From: Acidobacteriota bacterium
GTDB lineage: Bacteria > Acidobacteriota > Thermoanaerobaculia > UBA5066 > Gp7-AA6
Direction of reading: 5' to 3'
Assembly: GCA_020199905.1 (NCBI GenBank)
Contig: JAIVJS010000071.1
Coordinates: 8,668-72,667, forward strand
Length of the DNA stretch: 64,000 nt
Shown: piece after piece, positions 1 through 9,645 of the stretch
Position numbering within the stretch: position 1 is the stretch's first letter
How the letters are laid out: each line of letters begins with the position of its first letter
Made by a program: the position numbers and the translations under genes
The notes under the pieces: model-generated
The model's input: the letters and a program-made list of their open reading frames with translations, nothing else
Database searches by the model: none
What the model was told of the DNA's origin: nothing

Positions 1-593
1 AGCGTCTCCCGCGCGGTCACGCTGACCCGCTGGGCCTCTCCGCTCCGGCACTCCGGGTGAACGAACCCCGGGCGGCTCTCGTCGAACAGGAGAGGACCCG
101 CGACGGCGAGGGGAGCGCCGCAGACCGCGCATTCCGCCGGGCTCGGAAACAGACCGGACAGCTTCAGGATCCAGACGTCGAAATACGCGGCGGCGAGGTC
201 GGCGGGCGCTCCCGCGAAGAGCCCGTCGAGCGCGTGACGCGCCAGCCGGTAGAAGGGCTCGGCGGGCTCGGAGTCCGACACGAAGGTCTGGAGCGACTCG
301 GCGAACGCGGAGAGAAGCAGCCCCCGGTCGAGGTCCTTCGCGATCGGGAAGGAGGAGCGGATCACGTCGGCGGAGTTCAACGAGACGAGCTCGCGGCCCT
401 CCTTCTCGAAATAGAGGACCCGCGCCTCCGTCATCGGCTCGAGGGCGCCGGAAAACGCGCTCTTCGGCCCCCTCGACCCGCGCGCCACCCCTCGCTTCTT
501 TCCGGCGTCGCGCGTCAGAAAGACCACGATGCGATCGCGTTCCCGAAGGGGGTAGGTTCCGAGGATGAACGCGTCCGACGCGTGGTGGTGCAC
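1..593 (-). CDS. recO: DNA repair protein RecO (3' end runs off the window)
   Basis: Not in the ORF track; hand translation from GTG at 593 gives MHHHASDAFILGTYPLRERDRIVVFLTRDAGKKRGVARGSRGPKSAFSGALEP, the RecO N-terminal OB-fold signature, plus a CAVC...HPEC Zn site. Confidence 0.9.
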   Translation of the reverse strand, partial: MHHHASDAFILGTYPLRERDRIVVFLTRDAGKKRGVARGSRGPKSAFSGALEPMTEARVLYFEKEGRELVSLNSADVIRSSFPIAKDLDRGLLLSAFAESLQTFVSDSEPAEPFYRLARHALDGLFAGAPADLAAAYFDVWILKLSGLFPSPAECAVCGAPLAVAGPLLFDESRPGFVHPECRSGEAQRVSVTARET

Positions 594-657
594 GAGGCGG
601 ATTATGATGTGAGATCCGCCGCCGCGTTTTCCGAATAAAAGAAGGCAGACTGGCTCA

Positions 658-1872
658 ATGGACATAGAATCATCAGGCAAAGCCCGCCAGGGGAGGCTTC
701 CTTCGTCGGTCGTGGCGCTGGGCTGGGTCTCGCTTCTCACCGACTTCGCGTCGGACATGATTTACCCGCTTCTGCCGGATTTCCTGACCCGCACCCTGGG
801 AGCCGGGCCGGCCACGCTCGGCCTGATCGAGGGCACCGCGGAAGCCACCGCCTCGGTCACGAAAATGGCGTCCGGCTGGTGGACGGACCGGAGCGGCCGG
901 AGGAAACCGCTCGTCGTGGCCGGATACACGCTCGCCGGAGTCGTGCGTCCTCTCGTCGGCTTCGCGACGAGCTGGGCGCAGGTCTTCGCGATCCGATTCG
1001 CGGACCGCGTGGGGAAAGGGATCCGGACGGCTCCGCGCGATGCGCTGCTCGCCGACCTCGTCCCTCCGGAGCGGCGCGGGCGCGCGTTCGGGCTCCAGCG
1101 CGCTATGGACAACGCGGGCGCCGTCATCGGACCGCTCGTCGCCGCCCTCCTCCTGAAGACGATCGCCCCGGACGAGCGGACCGTGTTTCTTCTCGCCCTC
1201 GTGCCGGGAGTGGTTGGCGTCGCCCTTCTCATCTGGAAGGTGCGCGAGGCGCCAGCCGCGTCGCCCGCTCGGCCCGCGACGACGGGCGCTCCGGCAGCGG
1301 AGCGGCTTCCGCGCGGCTTCCGGGTGGCGACCGCGATCTTCGTCCTGTTCACTCTCGCCAACTCGACGGACGCCTTCCTTCTGCTCCGCGCCCGCGACTC
1401 GGGCGTCGAGCTCTGGCAGATTCCCCTTCTCTGGGCGTTCTTCCACGCCGTGAAGGCCGCCGCCGGGGTGCCGGGAGGGATCCTGGCGGACCGGATCGGA
1501 CGGGTCCCGTGCGTGGCGATCGGATGGGCCGTGTACGCACTCTCGTACGCCGGGTTCGCGTGGGTCGCCGGGCCGCGAACGCTCTGGGCGCTCTTTGCGG
1601 TCTATGCGCTCTTCTTCGCGCTGACCGAGGGCGCCGAGCGCGCTCTGGTCGCCGATCTCGTCGGCGAGAAGCTCCGCGGCCGCGCCTACGGGATCTTCCA
1701 CGGGGCAATCGGGGCGGCGGCGCTGCCGTCCTCGATCCTGTTCGGGATCTGGTGGAAGGTCTTCGGACCGCGCACGGCGTTCTTGATCGGCGCCGCCCTG
1801 GCCGCGGCCGCGTGCGGCGCCCTCCTCGCCGCGCGAGCCATTCTGGCGCCGCCGCAGGAGTCTTCGCCCTGA
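658..1872 (+). CDS. MFS transporter
   Basis: 404 aa, many TM segments, GWVSLLTDFASDMIYP and DRVGKGIRTAPRDAL motifs of a common MFS subfamily. Confidence 0.9.
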   Translation: MDIESSGKARQGRLPSSVVALGWVSLLTDFASDMIYPLLPDFLTRTLGAGPATLGLIEGTAEATASVTKMASGWWTDRSGRRKPLVVAGYTLAGVVRPLVGFATSWAQVFAIRFADRVGKGIRTAPRDALLADLVPPERRGRAFGLQRAMDNAGAVIGPLVAALLLKTIAPDERTVFLLALVPGVVGVALLIWKVREAPAASPARPATTGAPAAERLPRGFRVATAIFVLFTLANSTDAFLLLRARDSGVELWQIPLLWAFFHAVKAAAGVPGGILADRIGRVPCVAIGWAVYALSYAGFAWVAGPRTLWALFAVYALFFALTEGAERALVADLVGEKLRGRAYGIFHGAIGAAALPSSILFGIWWKVFGPRTAFLIGAALAAAACGALLAARAILAPPQESSP

Positions 1873-1943
1873 ACGCAGAAGAGCGTCCGGCGCCATGACT
1901 GACAACGGGGGCCTGAAAACTGACAGCTGATAACCTTTCACTC

Positions 1944-2168
1944 ATGGGTCCGGTCTGGCGCCTCGTCAAGGGTGAGAAGGACATGTGTCATCGGTGCGGG
2001 AAGGAGATCGTCGACTTCCCCGCCGTCGGCCGGGTCGTCGACTGGACCTTCCACCCTCAGGAAAAGTACTGCTGGGAGTGTTACCGGTACGTGGCGCCCT
2101 TCGTGGACGAGATCTCCCCTCAGTCGGAGACGCCGTTCCAGCCCGTCACCAAACCGGCCATCCCGTGA
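1944..2168 (+). CDS. small CxxC..CxxC putative Zn-binding protein
   Basis: 74 aa with CHRC and CWEC; stop overlaps the GTG of mqnE (GTGA coupling). Confidence 0.65.
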   Translation: MGPVWRLVKGEKDMCHRCGKEIVDFPAVGRVVDWTFHPQEKYCWECYRYVAPFVDEISPQSETPFQPVTKPAIP

Positions 2169-3310
2169 GCGGCCTCGAGTCCTTCCGCGGGTCCGATCTC
2201 GCTCCGATCGCTCGCAAGGTCTTCGGAGGAGAACGGCTCTCCTTCGACGACGGGGTCGCCCTCTTCTCGACCCGGGATTTCCTCGGGCTCGGGCGTCTGG
2301 CGAATCACGTCCGGGAAGAGCGTCACGGAAACGTCGCCTACTACAACGTCAACCGCTACCTGAACCCGACGAACCTCTGCTGGGTCGACTGCGCCCTGTG
2401 CGCCTGGGCGAAGAAGGTCAACGAGCCCGGCGGCTACGAGATGGGGATCGCCGAGGTCGTCGAGGAGGCCGGCAAGGGGTACTCGGAGGCCGTGACGGAA
2501 TTTCACATCGTCGGAGGGCTCCACCCGACCTGGCCGTTCGAGTACTACACCGGCCTGATGCGGGCCCTGAAAGAGCGCTACCCCGCCGTCCACCTGAAAG
2601 CGTGGACCATGGTCGAGCTCGACTGGATCGCGCGGATCGGAAGGAAATCGATTCCGGAGACGATCCGGGAGCTCAAGGCCGCGGGAATGGACTCGTGCCC
2701 GGGCGGCGGCGCGGAGATCTTCGAGAAGCGCGTGCGCGACGTGATCTGCGCGAACAAGATCACCGGCGAGGAGTGGCTGTCCATCGCGCGCGAGTGCCAC
2801 CTCCAGGGCGTGCGGACCAACGCGACGATGCTTTACGGGAGCGTCGAGACCGCGGAGGACCGCGTCGATCACCTGCTCCGCCTCCGGACGCTCCAGGACG
2901 AGACCGGAGGATTCACGGGCCTGATCCCGCTCGCCTTCCATCCCGAGAACACCCCTCTGGCGCACCTGCCCGAGACGTCCGGGCAGCTCGACCTCCGTGT
3001 GATCGCCGCATCGCGTCTGCTCTTCGACAACGTCCCGCACGTGAAGGCGTACTGGATCCAGATCGGAACGAAGCTCGCGCAGATCGCCCTCTTCTTCGGC
3101 GCGGACGATCTCGTTGGAACCGTCGTGGACGAGACGATCACGCATGCGGCCGGGGCGACGACGGCGTCGGGAATGACGCGCGCGGATTTCGAGCGGGTGA
3201 TCCGGGAGTCCGGCCGCGAGCCCTTCGAGCGGGACTCGACCTACCGCCGGGTCGTTCGCGAGACCGCCGCCCCCGCCCCCGTCGCCCCCGCTGAGCACGT
3301 GCTGGCCTAG
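2165..3310 (+). CDS. mqnE: aminofutalosine synthase MqnE (radical SAM, CofH/MqnC/MqnE family)
   Basis: NPTNLCWVDCALCAW CxxxCxxC motif, FHIVGGLHP, PGGGAEIF, HVKAYW; start reset to GTG 2165. Confidence 0.85.
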   Translation: MSGLESFRGSDLAPIARKVFGGERLSFDDGVALFSTRDFLGLGRLANHVREERHGNVAYYNVNRYLNPTNLCWVDCALCAWAKKVNEPGGYEMGIAEVVEEAGKGYSEAVTEFHIVGGLHPTWPFEYYTGLMRALKERYPAVHLKAWTMVELDWIARIGRKSIPETIRELKAAGMDSCPGGGAEIFEKRVRDVICANKITGEEWLSIARECHLQGVRTNATMLYGSVETAEDRVDHLLRLRTLQDETGGFTGLIPLAFHPENTPLAHLPETSGQLDLRVIAASRLLFDNVPHVKAYWIQIGTKLAQIALFFGADDLVGTVVDETITHAAGATTASGMTRADFERVIRESGREPFERDSTYRRVVRETAAPAPVAPAEHVLA

Positions 3311-3460
3311 GCCCGCGTTCTTCGATTTCGCGCTCCGGAAGATTGAGGGTACCCGGCGCTCATTTAACGGACGAACGCCCGGGATGCCTTCACGAAAAAC
3401 TGGCGCCCGCGGCGCTCGAGGCCCCCGGTAGGAGTCGGAACGAAACCCGGATCGTGTACC

Positions 3461-4408
3461 GTGAAGACCGTGGACCGCGGACGTCAAACCCGCCGAGGGA
3501 AGATCCTCCGTTCGCTGCCGGGGCTGGCGGCCCTCGCGCTCGCCTTCGGATGCTTCACGCACCGTTACCGGGACAACCCGAGAGTCGCCGTCGTGGCGGG
3601 AGATCCGCTCGTTCAGATGGCCCCGGCCGCCGACTTCAAGAGCGTGGACCGCGCGACGATGGTGCCGCTCGCGCGCCACACCCGAACTCCGCATAAAGAG
3701 GATCTCGTCCTCGGGATCGCCCTCTCGGGCGGCGCCCGGGCGTATCCCCTGGGGCTCCTCGATCGCTTCGAGATCGTCAACGACGAGATGGGAGACTCCT
3801 CCTACGTCGTCGTGCGCTGCGCTCTGACGGGAGTCGCGGCCGTGTGGAATCGCCGGCTTCGCGGTCGCACCCTCCTCTTCGAGAGCACCGGCGCCCTGTG
3901 GCGGGACACGCTCGTCTTTCGGGACCGAGAGACGGCGACGTACTGGTCGGCGGCGACCGGCGTCGCTCTCTCGGGACCCCTCGCGGGCGAGCGGCTTTCC
4001 GGGATCGCCGGGGTGGTGACGCGTGGCGGCCGATGGGGTGAAGCGCATCCGGAGTCGCTGTATCTCGATCTCGGAGAAAAGACCACGGCCCCGCTCCTGA
4101 TGAAGATCTATCGCCTCTCGGCGATGCAGGGCGTCTCGGGAGAGAAGACGTCCGACCGCCGGCACAAGCCGAAGGAGGAGATGCTCGTGCTGGCATCCGG
4201 CGACGAAGCCCTCGCGTTCACGCCCCGGCAGATCGAGCGCCGCGAGCGCGTCGACACCGAGATCGGCGGGGAGCGCGTCACGATCGAGTGGGAGCCGGAG
4301 CTCGCGGCGCCCCGGGCGTGCGCCTCCGACGGCAACGAGCGCCCGCTGTTTCCGATGTTCTGGTTTGCCCTCGACCGCCACTTCGCCACGGTCCGCACGC
4401 TGGACTGA
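3461..4408 (+). CDS. DUF3179-family lipoprotein-like protein
   Basis: ARAYPL...EIVND, GALWRDTLVFRDRETATYWS...GPLAGERL pattern; signal peptide ending LAFGC. Confidence 0.7.
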   Translation: MKTVDRGRQTRRGKILRSLPGLAALALAFGCFTHRYRDNPRVAVVAGDPLVQMAPAADFKSVDRATMVPLARHTRTPHKEDLVLGIALSGGARAYPLGLLDRFEIVNDEMGDSSYVVVRCALTGVAAVWNRRLRGRTLLFESTGALWRDTLVFRDRETATYWSAATGVALSGPLAGERLSGIAGVVTRGGRWGEAHPESLYLDLGEKTTAPLLMKIYRLSAMQGVSGEKTSDRRHKPKEEMLVLASGDEALAFTPRQIERRERVDTEIGGERVTIEWEPELAAPRACASDGNERPLFPMFWFALDRHFATVRTLD

Positions 4409-4547
4409 ATTCGAAGCATCGGTCGAATCGACGATCCACTCGAGGGAGAGCCTCAGGACGCTTTCCCGCCTCTCCCCGCGCGCCGGGGAGACGGCCGGGG
4501 TGAGGGGCACCACTGACTTCAAATGAGATGCCGAGGAGAAGGCTCGC

Positions 4548-5183
4548 TTACGGCGTCCCCGCCGCGGCGTCGGCTTCGGCGGTGACGGCATCCAGAGCCG
4601 CCGCGATACGGGCGGCCGCTTCCTCGTCCGAGAGCTCGCGGGGGATCGGGAACGGATCTCCGTAGGCGACGACGTTGCGGGACAGAGGCAGGGGCAGCAG
4701 ATACCGGTCCCACGACGAAAGAAACCTGGGACGGGAGCTGGAGAAGGAGATCGGGAGAATCCAGGCGCCCGTCAGCCGCGCCAGCGCGACGGCTCCCGGC
4801 TGGACGACCCGCGCGGGGCCGCGGGGGCCGTCCACCGTCAGGGCGGCGTGTCGCCCGCGCCGAACCTCGCGGACCATTTCCCGAAGCGCGGCCCCGCCGG
4901 CCCTCGACGACGACCCTCGCGCCACCCGGTAGCCGTTTCGCTCGAGCCAGAGCGCGATGATCTCCCCGTCCTTCGACCGCGAGGCCATCGTGACGATGTC
5001 CTCGTTGCGGTGGGCCTGGATCGACAGGAACATGCGGCCATGCCAGAGAGCGAACAGAATCGGGACCCCGCGCTCCTGGAGGGACAGATAACGGTCGCGC
5101 CGCAGGAACTCGACCGAAAGGGTTCCGCGATACGCCCGGACCGCCGCGCCGAGCAGCCGCGACAGCGCCGGCGCGGACGTCAT
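4548..5183 (-). CDS. lysophospholipid acyltransferase / DUF374 family protein
   Basis: FALWHGR, SRSKDGE, RGSSSR, TVDGPRGP, SWDR motifs. Confidence 0.85.
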   Translation of the reverse strand: MTSAPALSRLLGAAVRAYRGTLSVEFLRRDRYLSLQERGVPILFALWHGRMFLSIQAHRNEDIVTMASRSKDGEIIALWLERNGYRVARGSSSRAGGAALREMVREVRRGRHAALTVDGPRGPARVVQPGAVALARLTGAWILPISFSSSRPRFLSSWDRYLLPLPLSRNVVAYGDPFPIPRELSDEEAAARIAAALDAVTAEADAAAGTP

Positions 5184-5225
5184 GGCCGTTGCGGCGATCT
5201 CATCGGCCCGGTTCCGGGCGCGCGG

Positions 5226-5855
5226 TCACGGCCTGCGGGCCGGAGCGGGGGCGGCGAACCTCGCCGCGACCCTGGCGAACACCCGCGGAATCACGTCCGG
5301 AACCGTCTTGACGCCTTTCGTGAAGACGGCCACGACGAAGTCCCCCCCGTCCGGAAGCACGATCCGCGCAACGAGGTGGTGGACGTCATAGGCGTCTCCG
5401 GACTTGGCCCACACGCGCGTTCCGGGCGGCAGTCCGTGCCCGGCGAGCCGCGCGTCTTCGAGCTCTCCGTCCTCGAGAGGTTTCTCCGACGTCACCTCGC
5501 GAGACAGAAGCCCCAGCATCTCCGCCGTGCCCGCCGGCCCCGCGATCTCGCCCCGAGCGATTGCCGCGAAGAGACGCGCCACGGCGTCCGGCGTCATCCG
5601 GTTGCGATTGCGCCCGCCGTCCCGGAACGCCTGCTCCCGTCCGTAGGCGTCCTCACAGAACGTCTTCTGATTCGCGTTCAAGTCCCGGTACCCGCGCTTC
5701 TCAAAGTACCGGTTGACGGCGTTGCGCTTCTCTTTCCAGCTCTCCCATTCGGGCCCGGTGATCTCGGGTCCGGAAGTCGTGCCGGTGATGGAGTCGACGA
5801 CGAAGCCGGTCGCGTCGTTGGAGGAGACGCGGATCATGTCGCGAACCGCCCGCGC
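5226..5855 (-). pseudogene. C-terminal part of a class A beta-lactamase-like serine hydrolase; N-terminus missing, probably an assembly gap
   Basis: MIRVSSNDAT (SDN-like), RNRMTP and AKSG (KTG-like) motifs but no SxxK; fused in frame to an unrelated upstream protein. Confidence 0.7.
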
Positions 5856-6092
5856 GCGGCGGCGAGCGAGCACGATCCGGGTAACGAGGCCGCCGACGAC
5901 CGCAAAGGGGGCGCAGACCATGAAGAGGATGGAGTAATAGAAGCCGTTCGGGAGAGACGCCGTGCCACCGGCGTAGTCCGTGTCCGCCTTCGCGTCCCGG
6001 CAGAGAGGACAGGCGCCCGCGGCCGCGGGAACGAGCGACACCAGCAGCACGAGGAGGGCGAGCACTACGCCGAATCGAGCCAGCGGCTTCAC
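5856..6092 (-). CDS. small CPxC-motif membrane protein of the cox cluster (3' end lost at the junction)
   Basis: GTG 6092: signal-like N-terminus, ACPLCRD, then GFYYSILFMVCAPF TM helix. Confidence 0.6.
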
Positions 6093-6102
6093 GCGGAAAA
6101 TC

Positions 6103-6543
6103 CTATCGGATCGCTCCCGGCGGGTAAAGGCGATAAAGCATCCAGTACACGACGACACCGGTCACTGACACGTAAGTCCACAGCGGAAGGGTCCAGCGCG
6201 CGATCCGGCGGTGGCGGTCGTCTCTCCGGCGAAGGCCGAGGTAGAGGGTGCGCAGAACCAGCGGAACGATGACCACCGCCAGGACGGTGTGCGTGAGCAG
6301 AATGGCGAAATAGACGGTCCGGACGGCCCCCTGGCCCGTAAATCGAACCGACCCCACGCGTGCGTGGTATGCGAGGTAGGAGGCCAGGAACACGGTGGAG
6401 GTCACGGCGGCGGCCAGCATCCATCGCCGGTGCGTCTCGATTCGGCCCCCGCGGACGGCCACATAGCCGAGAAGCAGGAAGAGGGCGCTGGCCGCGTTCA
6501 ACGCGGCGTTCCACGCGGGCACGTCGATCAGGCCGAAGCTCAA
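6103..6543 (-). CDS. DUF420 membrane protein (CtaM/YozB-like)
   Basis: NAALN, HRRWM, FLASYLAYH, ILLTHTVLA, HRRIARWTLPLWTYVSVTG; cox operon context. Confidence 0.9.
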   Translation of the reverse strand: MSFGLIDVPAWNAALNAASALFLLLGYVAVRGGRIETHRRWMLAAAVTSTVFLASYLAYHARVGSVRFTGQGAVRTVYFAILLTHTVLAVVIVPLVLRTLYLGLRRRDDRHRRIARWTLPLWTYVSVTGVVVYWMLYRLYPPGAIR

Positions 6544-6598
6544 CGACGCGCGCCAGGTTCTTCGGATCGGCGAGGCCCGGACCGCGGCTCCCCGTGTC

Positions 6599-7237
6599 TC
6601 AAAAAAGATAGATGATCGTGAAGAGGACGATCCAGACCAGGTCGACGAAGTGCCAGTACAGGCCGACGGTCTCGATCCCCTGGTGGTAGGCCTGCGTGTA
6701 CTTCCCGAGCAGCGCCTTTCCCGTCACGAACGCCATGCAGATCACCCCGCACAGCACGTGGAATCCGTGGAAACCCGTGGTCGTGAAGAAGATGGAGCCG
6801 AAGAGGCTGACGTGCGGATTGAACCCTTCGTGCAGAAGCTTCCAGTACTCGACGCCCTGGATGCACAGGAAGAACGCGCCGAAGAGGACCGTCAGGCAGA
6901 GAAACAGCTTCATCTTCCGGTAGTCGGCACGCTGCACGGCGGCGAGCGCCTGCACCATCGTCACGGACGAGCAGATCAGCACGAACGTGTTGAACGCGGT
7001 CAGCGGGATGTTCAGCACCGTCCCTGGAACCGGCCAGAGCGGCGTCGCGAACCGAAGGACGATGTAGGAGCCGATCAACCCCGTGAAGAACATCACCTCG
7101 GAGCAGAGGAAGACCCACATCCCCATCTTGTCGTGGCGGATGCCGGTCGTCGTGTACTCCTCCTCGAGGTGGCCGGTCCCGTGCCCGGCGACGTGGCTCG
7201 GGCCACCTGCGGCGGAAAGCGCTACGGCGTGTTCCAT
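6599..7237 (-). CDS. ctaE: cytochrome c oxidase subunit III
   Basis: GMWVFLCSEVMFF, TGFHGFHV, GLYWHFVDLVW; start reset to ATG 7237 after an AAGGA RBS. Confidence 0.92.
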   Translation of the reverse strand: MEHAVALSAAGGPSHVAGHGTGHLEEEYTTTGIRHDKMGMWVFLCSEVMFFTGLIGSYIVLRFATPLWPVPGTVLNIPLTAFNTFVLICSSVTMVQALAAVQRADYRKMKLFLCLTVLFGAFFLCIQGVEYWKLLHEGFNPHVSLFGSIFFTTTGFHGFHVLCGVICMAFVTGKALLGKYTQAYHQGIETVGLYWHFVDLVWIVLFTIIYLF

Positions 7238-7268
7238 GGGTTCCTTTCTCGGCTCGATTCCCGGTCTG

Positions 7269-7319
7269 GTTGACCGCGGCGTACCGCGGCCGTCTCGCTC
7301 CCGTTGGTCGATCGACTCC
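7269..7319 (+). repeat. 51-bp palindromic intergenic repeat, copy 1
   Basis: GTTGACCGCGGCGTACCGCGGCCGTCTCGCTCCCGTTGGTCGATCGACTCC; near-identical to four other copies. Confidence 0.9.
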
Positions 7320-7332
7320 CGTTTCCCGATCC

Positions 7333-7650
7333 TCAGGGTCTCGGCAGAAAGTGCTCCGCCATTCCGACGGACACGAGGATGGCTCCCAGAATCAGAGTCG
7401 AAGCGAAGATGATTCCGAGCGTCTTGCGCTCGAAGCGCAGGTGCATGAAGTAGAGAGCAACCAGAACCGCCTTGATGCCCGCGAGAATCACGAGCCCGCT
7501 GATCAGGAGGGCCTTCGGCGGCGTGAGGATCGTCGAATAGGCGACCTCGAAAACGGTGAAGCCGGCGAGCCACCAGAAGATGGTCATGTAGTTGGGGCCC
7601 TTATGGGCGCCGGCGTCGTGAAGGGGTTCGGCTTCGGGCTGTTCTTTCAT
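7333..7650 (-). CDS. cytochrome c oxidase subunit IV family protein
   Basis: IFWWLAGFTVFEV...KAVLVALYFMHLRFE motif. Confidence 0.88.
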   Translation of the reverse strand: MKEQPEAEPLHDAGAHKGPNYMTIFWWLAGFTVFEVAYSTILTPPKALLISGLVILAGIKAVLVALYFMHLRFERKTLGIIFASTLILGAILVSVGMAEHFLPRP

Positions 7651-7663
7651 CAGGTTTCCTTCC

Positions 7664-7774
7664 TCAGGGGCGCGGGGCCCGCGACAGGATGAAGAGGACC
7701 GACCCGAAAAACAAGACTCCCGCGACCAGGATCAGAAAAAGCAGCGTCCGGCTCTTCCGCAGGGATTCCGACAT
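7664..7774 (-). CDS. 36-aa single-TM protein in the cox operon
   Basis: MSESLRKSRTLLFLILVAGVLFFGSVLFILSRAPRP fills the gap between ctaB and subunit IV. Confidence 0.55.
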   Translation of the reverse strand: MSESLRKSRTLLFLILVAGVLFFGSVLFILSRAPRP

Positions 7775-7779
7775 CGCGA

Positions 7780-8661
7780 TCACCGGTCGAAGACCATCAG
7801 GCCGAGGAGGAGCGGCAGGTAGAGGATGGAAACCAGGAAGAGCCCCCGGGCGGCCGTGACGGAGCGAGCCCAGGCAAATCTCGCGGAACAGCCGAGAAAG
7901 ACGAGACCCAGGAGGAGGGCGCCCCAGAGGTAGAACCGCCCGGCGGAGACGAACGCGCCGGCGAACAGAGTCACCGGCAACAGGGCCGCCGAATACAGGA
8001 CCATCTGCCGCCCCGTCGACGAGCCGTCCTGGTCCGTGACGGTCAGCATCGGAAAGCCGCCGCGCGCATAGTCGTCGCGGAACATCCATCCGATCGCGAG
8101 GAAGTGCGGGAGCTGCCAGAAGAACAGGATCGCAAAGAGCCCCCACGCGCCGGCGTCGAGAGTCCCGCGGCTGGCCGCCCACCCCATCATCGGGGGCAGG
8201 GCGCCCGGAATGGCGCCCACCACCGTGCAGAGCGACGACACGCGCTTCATCGGGGTGTACACGAGAACGTAGCTTCCGAGAGCCGCGAGGCCCAGCCACG
8301 CCGAGAGCGGCTCCGCCGCAAAGAGCAGGGCGAGGCCGCCCCCGCAGAGAATCAGGCCGAAGGCGCGCGCGTCCTCCGCGGCGATGCGCCCCGCTGGAAC
8401 GGGGCGCTGGCGCGTCCGCTCCATGAGGGCGTCCGTAGCGCGCTCTCGATACTGGTTGAGCGCCGACGCTCCGCCGGAGACCAGCGCGGTCCCGGCGACG
8501 AGGGCGAAAAAGACGGCTGCGTCGAAGTGCCCGGGGCCAACGGCGTACCCGACGGCCGCCGTGATCACGACGAGAAACGTGATCCTCGGCTTGGCGAGCT
8601 CCAGGTAGTCGTTCGCGCGGGCGGGCGCGGCCGCGAGCGCCGCTCCGGGAACTACTTCCAT
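7780..8661 (-). CDS. ctaB: protoheme IX farnesyltransferase (heme O synthase)
   Basis: YLELAKPRI, NQYRERATDALMERTRQRP, GAIPGALPP, WQLPHF; start reset to ATG 8661. Confidence 0.95.
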   Translation of the reverse strand: MEVVPGAALAAAPARANDYLELAKPRITFLVVITAAVGYAVGPGHFDAAVFFALVAGTALVSGGASALNQYRERATDALMERTRQRPVPAGRIAAEDARAFGLILCGGGLALLFAAEPLSAWLGLAALGSYVLVYTPMKRVSSLCTVVGAIPGALPPMMGWAASRGTLDAGAWGLFAILFFWQLPHFLAIGWMFRDDYARGGFPMLTVTDQDGSSTGRQMVLYSAALLPVTLFAGAFVSAGRFYLWGALLLGLVFLGCSARFAWARSVTAARGLFLVSILYLPLLLGLMVFDR

Positions 8662-9644
8662 GCCATCGCTCCGCGGGGCGGCGGGACGGCTTCGGCCGCG
8701 CCGCGGCCTCCGGCGCGCGCCAGCGGGATCCTCCGCGCGCCGAGCGTCAGGGCGAGCGCGGTCGCCAGCAGGAGGGCGCCGGTGGCGACGTGTGCCGTGG
8801 CGATCGGAACGGCCTTCCGGGTCAGGACCGTCGCGCCGCCGAGGAGGATCTGCACGACGACGAGCAAAGCAAGACCGACGCCGGTTCGGGCCAGCCCGGG
8901 GCGGCGGGACCGCACCGCGGCGACGAGGCACGCGATCACCATTCCCGCGACCACGACCGCCCACACCCGGTGCGCGTAGTGGATCGCGACGGCGAAGGAG
9001 GTGATGTCAGGCACCACGCGGCCGAAGGCGAGCGGAAAGTCCGGAATGGCGAGCCCCGCCTTGTCATGGCGCATTACGGCGCCGATCAGGAGCTGCAGGA
9101 AGATGGCCGCGACGGCGGCCGCGCCGATGCGGGAGACGGCCGACGCTTCTGCGATCCCGCCGTCGCGCCACCGGGGCGAGGTCGCGAGCGCCAGGGTGAC
9201 CACGAGGCAGAAGAAGGTCTGGGCGAGACAGGCGTGCGCTACGGAGATCGCCGTCGGCAGGAGGAAGAGAACGGTCAGGCCGCCGAGGACGCCCTGCGCG
9301 ACGACGGCCGCCAGAGCCGCGTATCCGAGCCTCCGAACCCACGCCCGGGGCTCGCGCCGGGCGAGCCAGATTGCCAGCAGGACCGTCAGCAGTCCGACGG
9401 TCGTGGCGATCATCCGGTGGCCGTGCTCGTAGAAGATGCCTCCGACCATCGGCGGCATGAGCCTTCCGTACGAAAGGGGCCAGTCGGGGACGGAAAGGCC
9501 CGACTCGGTCGAGGTGACGAGCCCTCCCGCGACGATCAGCAGGAGCGTCGCGCAGGCCGTGAAGACGGCGAAGCGGTGCAGGCCGGCATTCTCCCCCGCG
9601 GCGCGGCCCGCGTCCCGCTTTCCGAATCCCCGCCGCGCCGCCAC
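8652..9644 (-). CDS. ctaA: heme A synthase (COX15/CtaA)
   Basis: GGLVTSTESGLSVPDWP, EHGHR, HACLA, HYAHR and HVATG His motifs. Confidence 0.9.
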   Translation of the reverse strand: MAARRGFGKRDAGRAAGENAGLHRFAVFTACATLLLIVAGGLVTSTESGLSVPDWPLSYGRLMPPMVGGIFYEHGHRMIATTVGLLTVLLAIWLARREPRAWVRRLGYAALAAVVAQGVLGGLTVLFLLPTAISVAHACLAQTFFCLVVTLALATSPRWRDGGIAEASAVSRIGAAAVAAIFLQLLIGAVMRHDKAGLAIPDFPLAFGRVVPDITSFAVAIHYAHRVWAVVVAGMVIACLVAAVRSRRPGLARTGVGLALLVVVQILLGGATVLTRKAVPIATAHVATGALLLATALALTLGARRIPLARAGGRGAAEAVPPPRGAMAWK

Positions 9645-9645
9645 G

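Noticed and set aside
2165..3310. Radical SAM enzyme as a RiPP tailoring epimerase
   Set aside because: Clear MqnE/CofH-family motifs, no RRE or SPASM domain, and outside the inserted block
5226..6158. Novel membrane-anchored beta-lactamase fusion
   Set aside because: The catalytic SxxK region is absent; it is a chimera of two neighbouring genes
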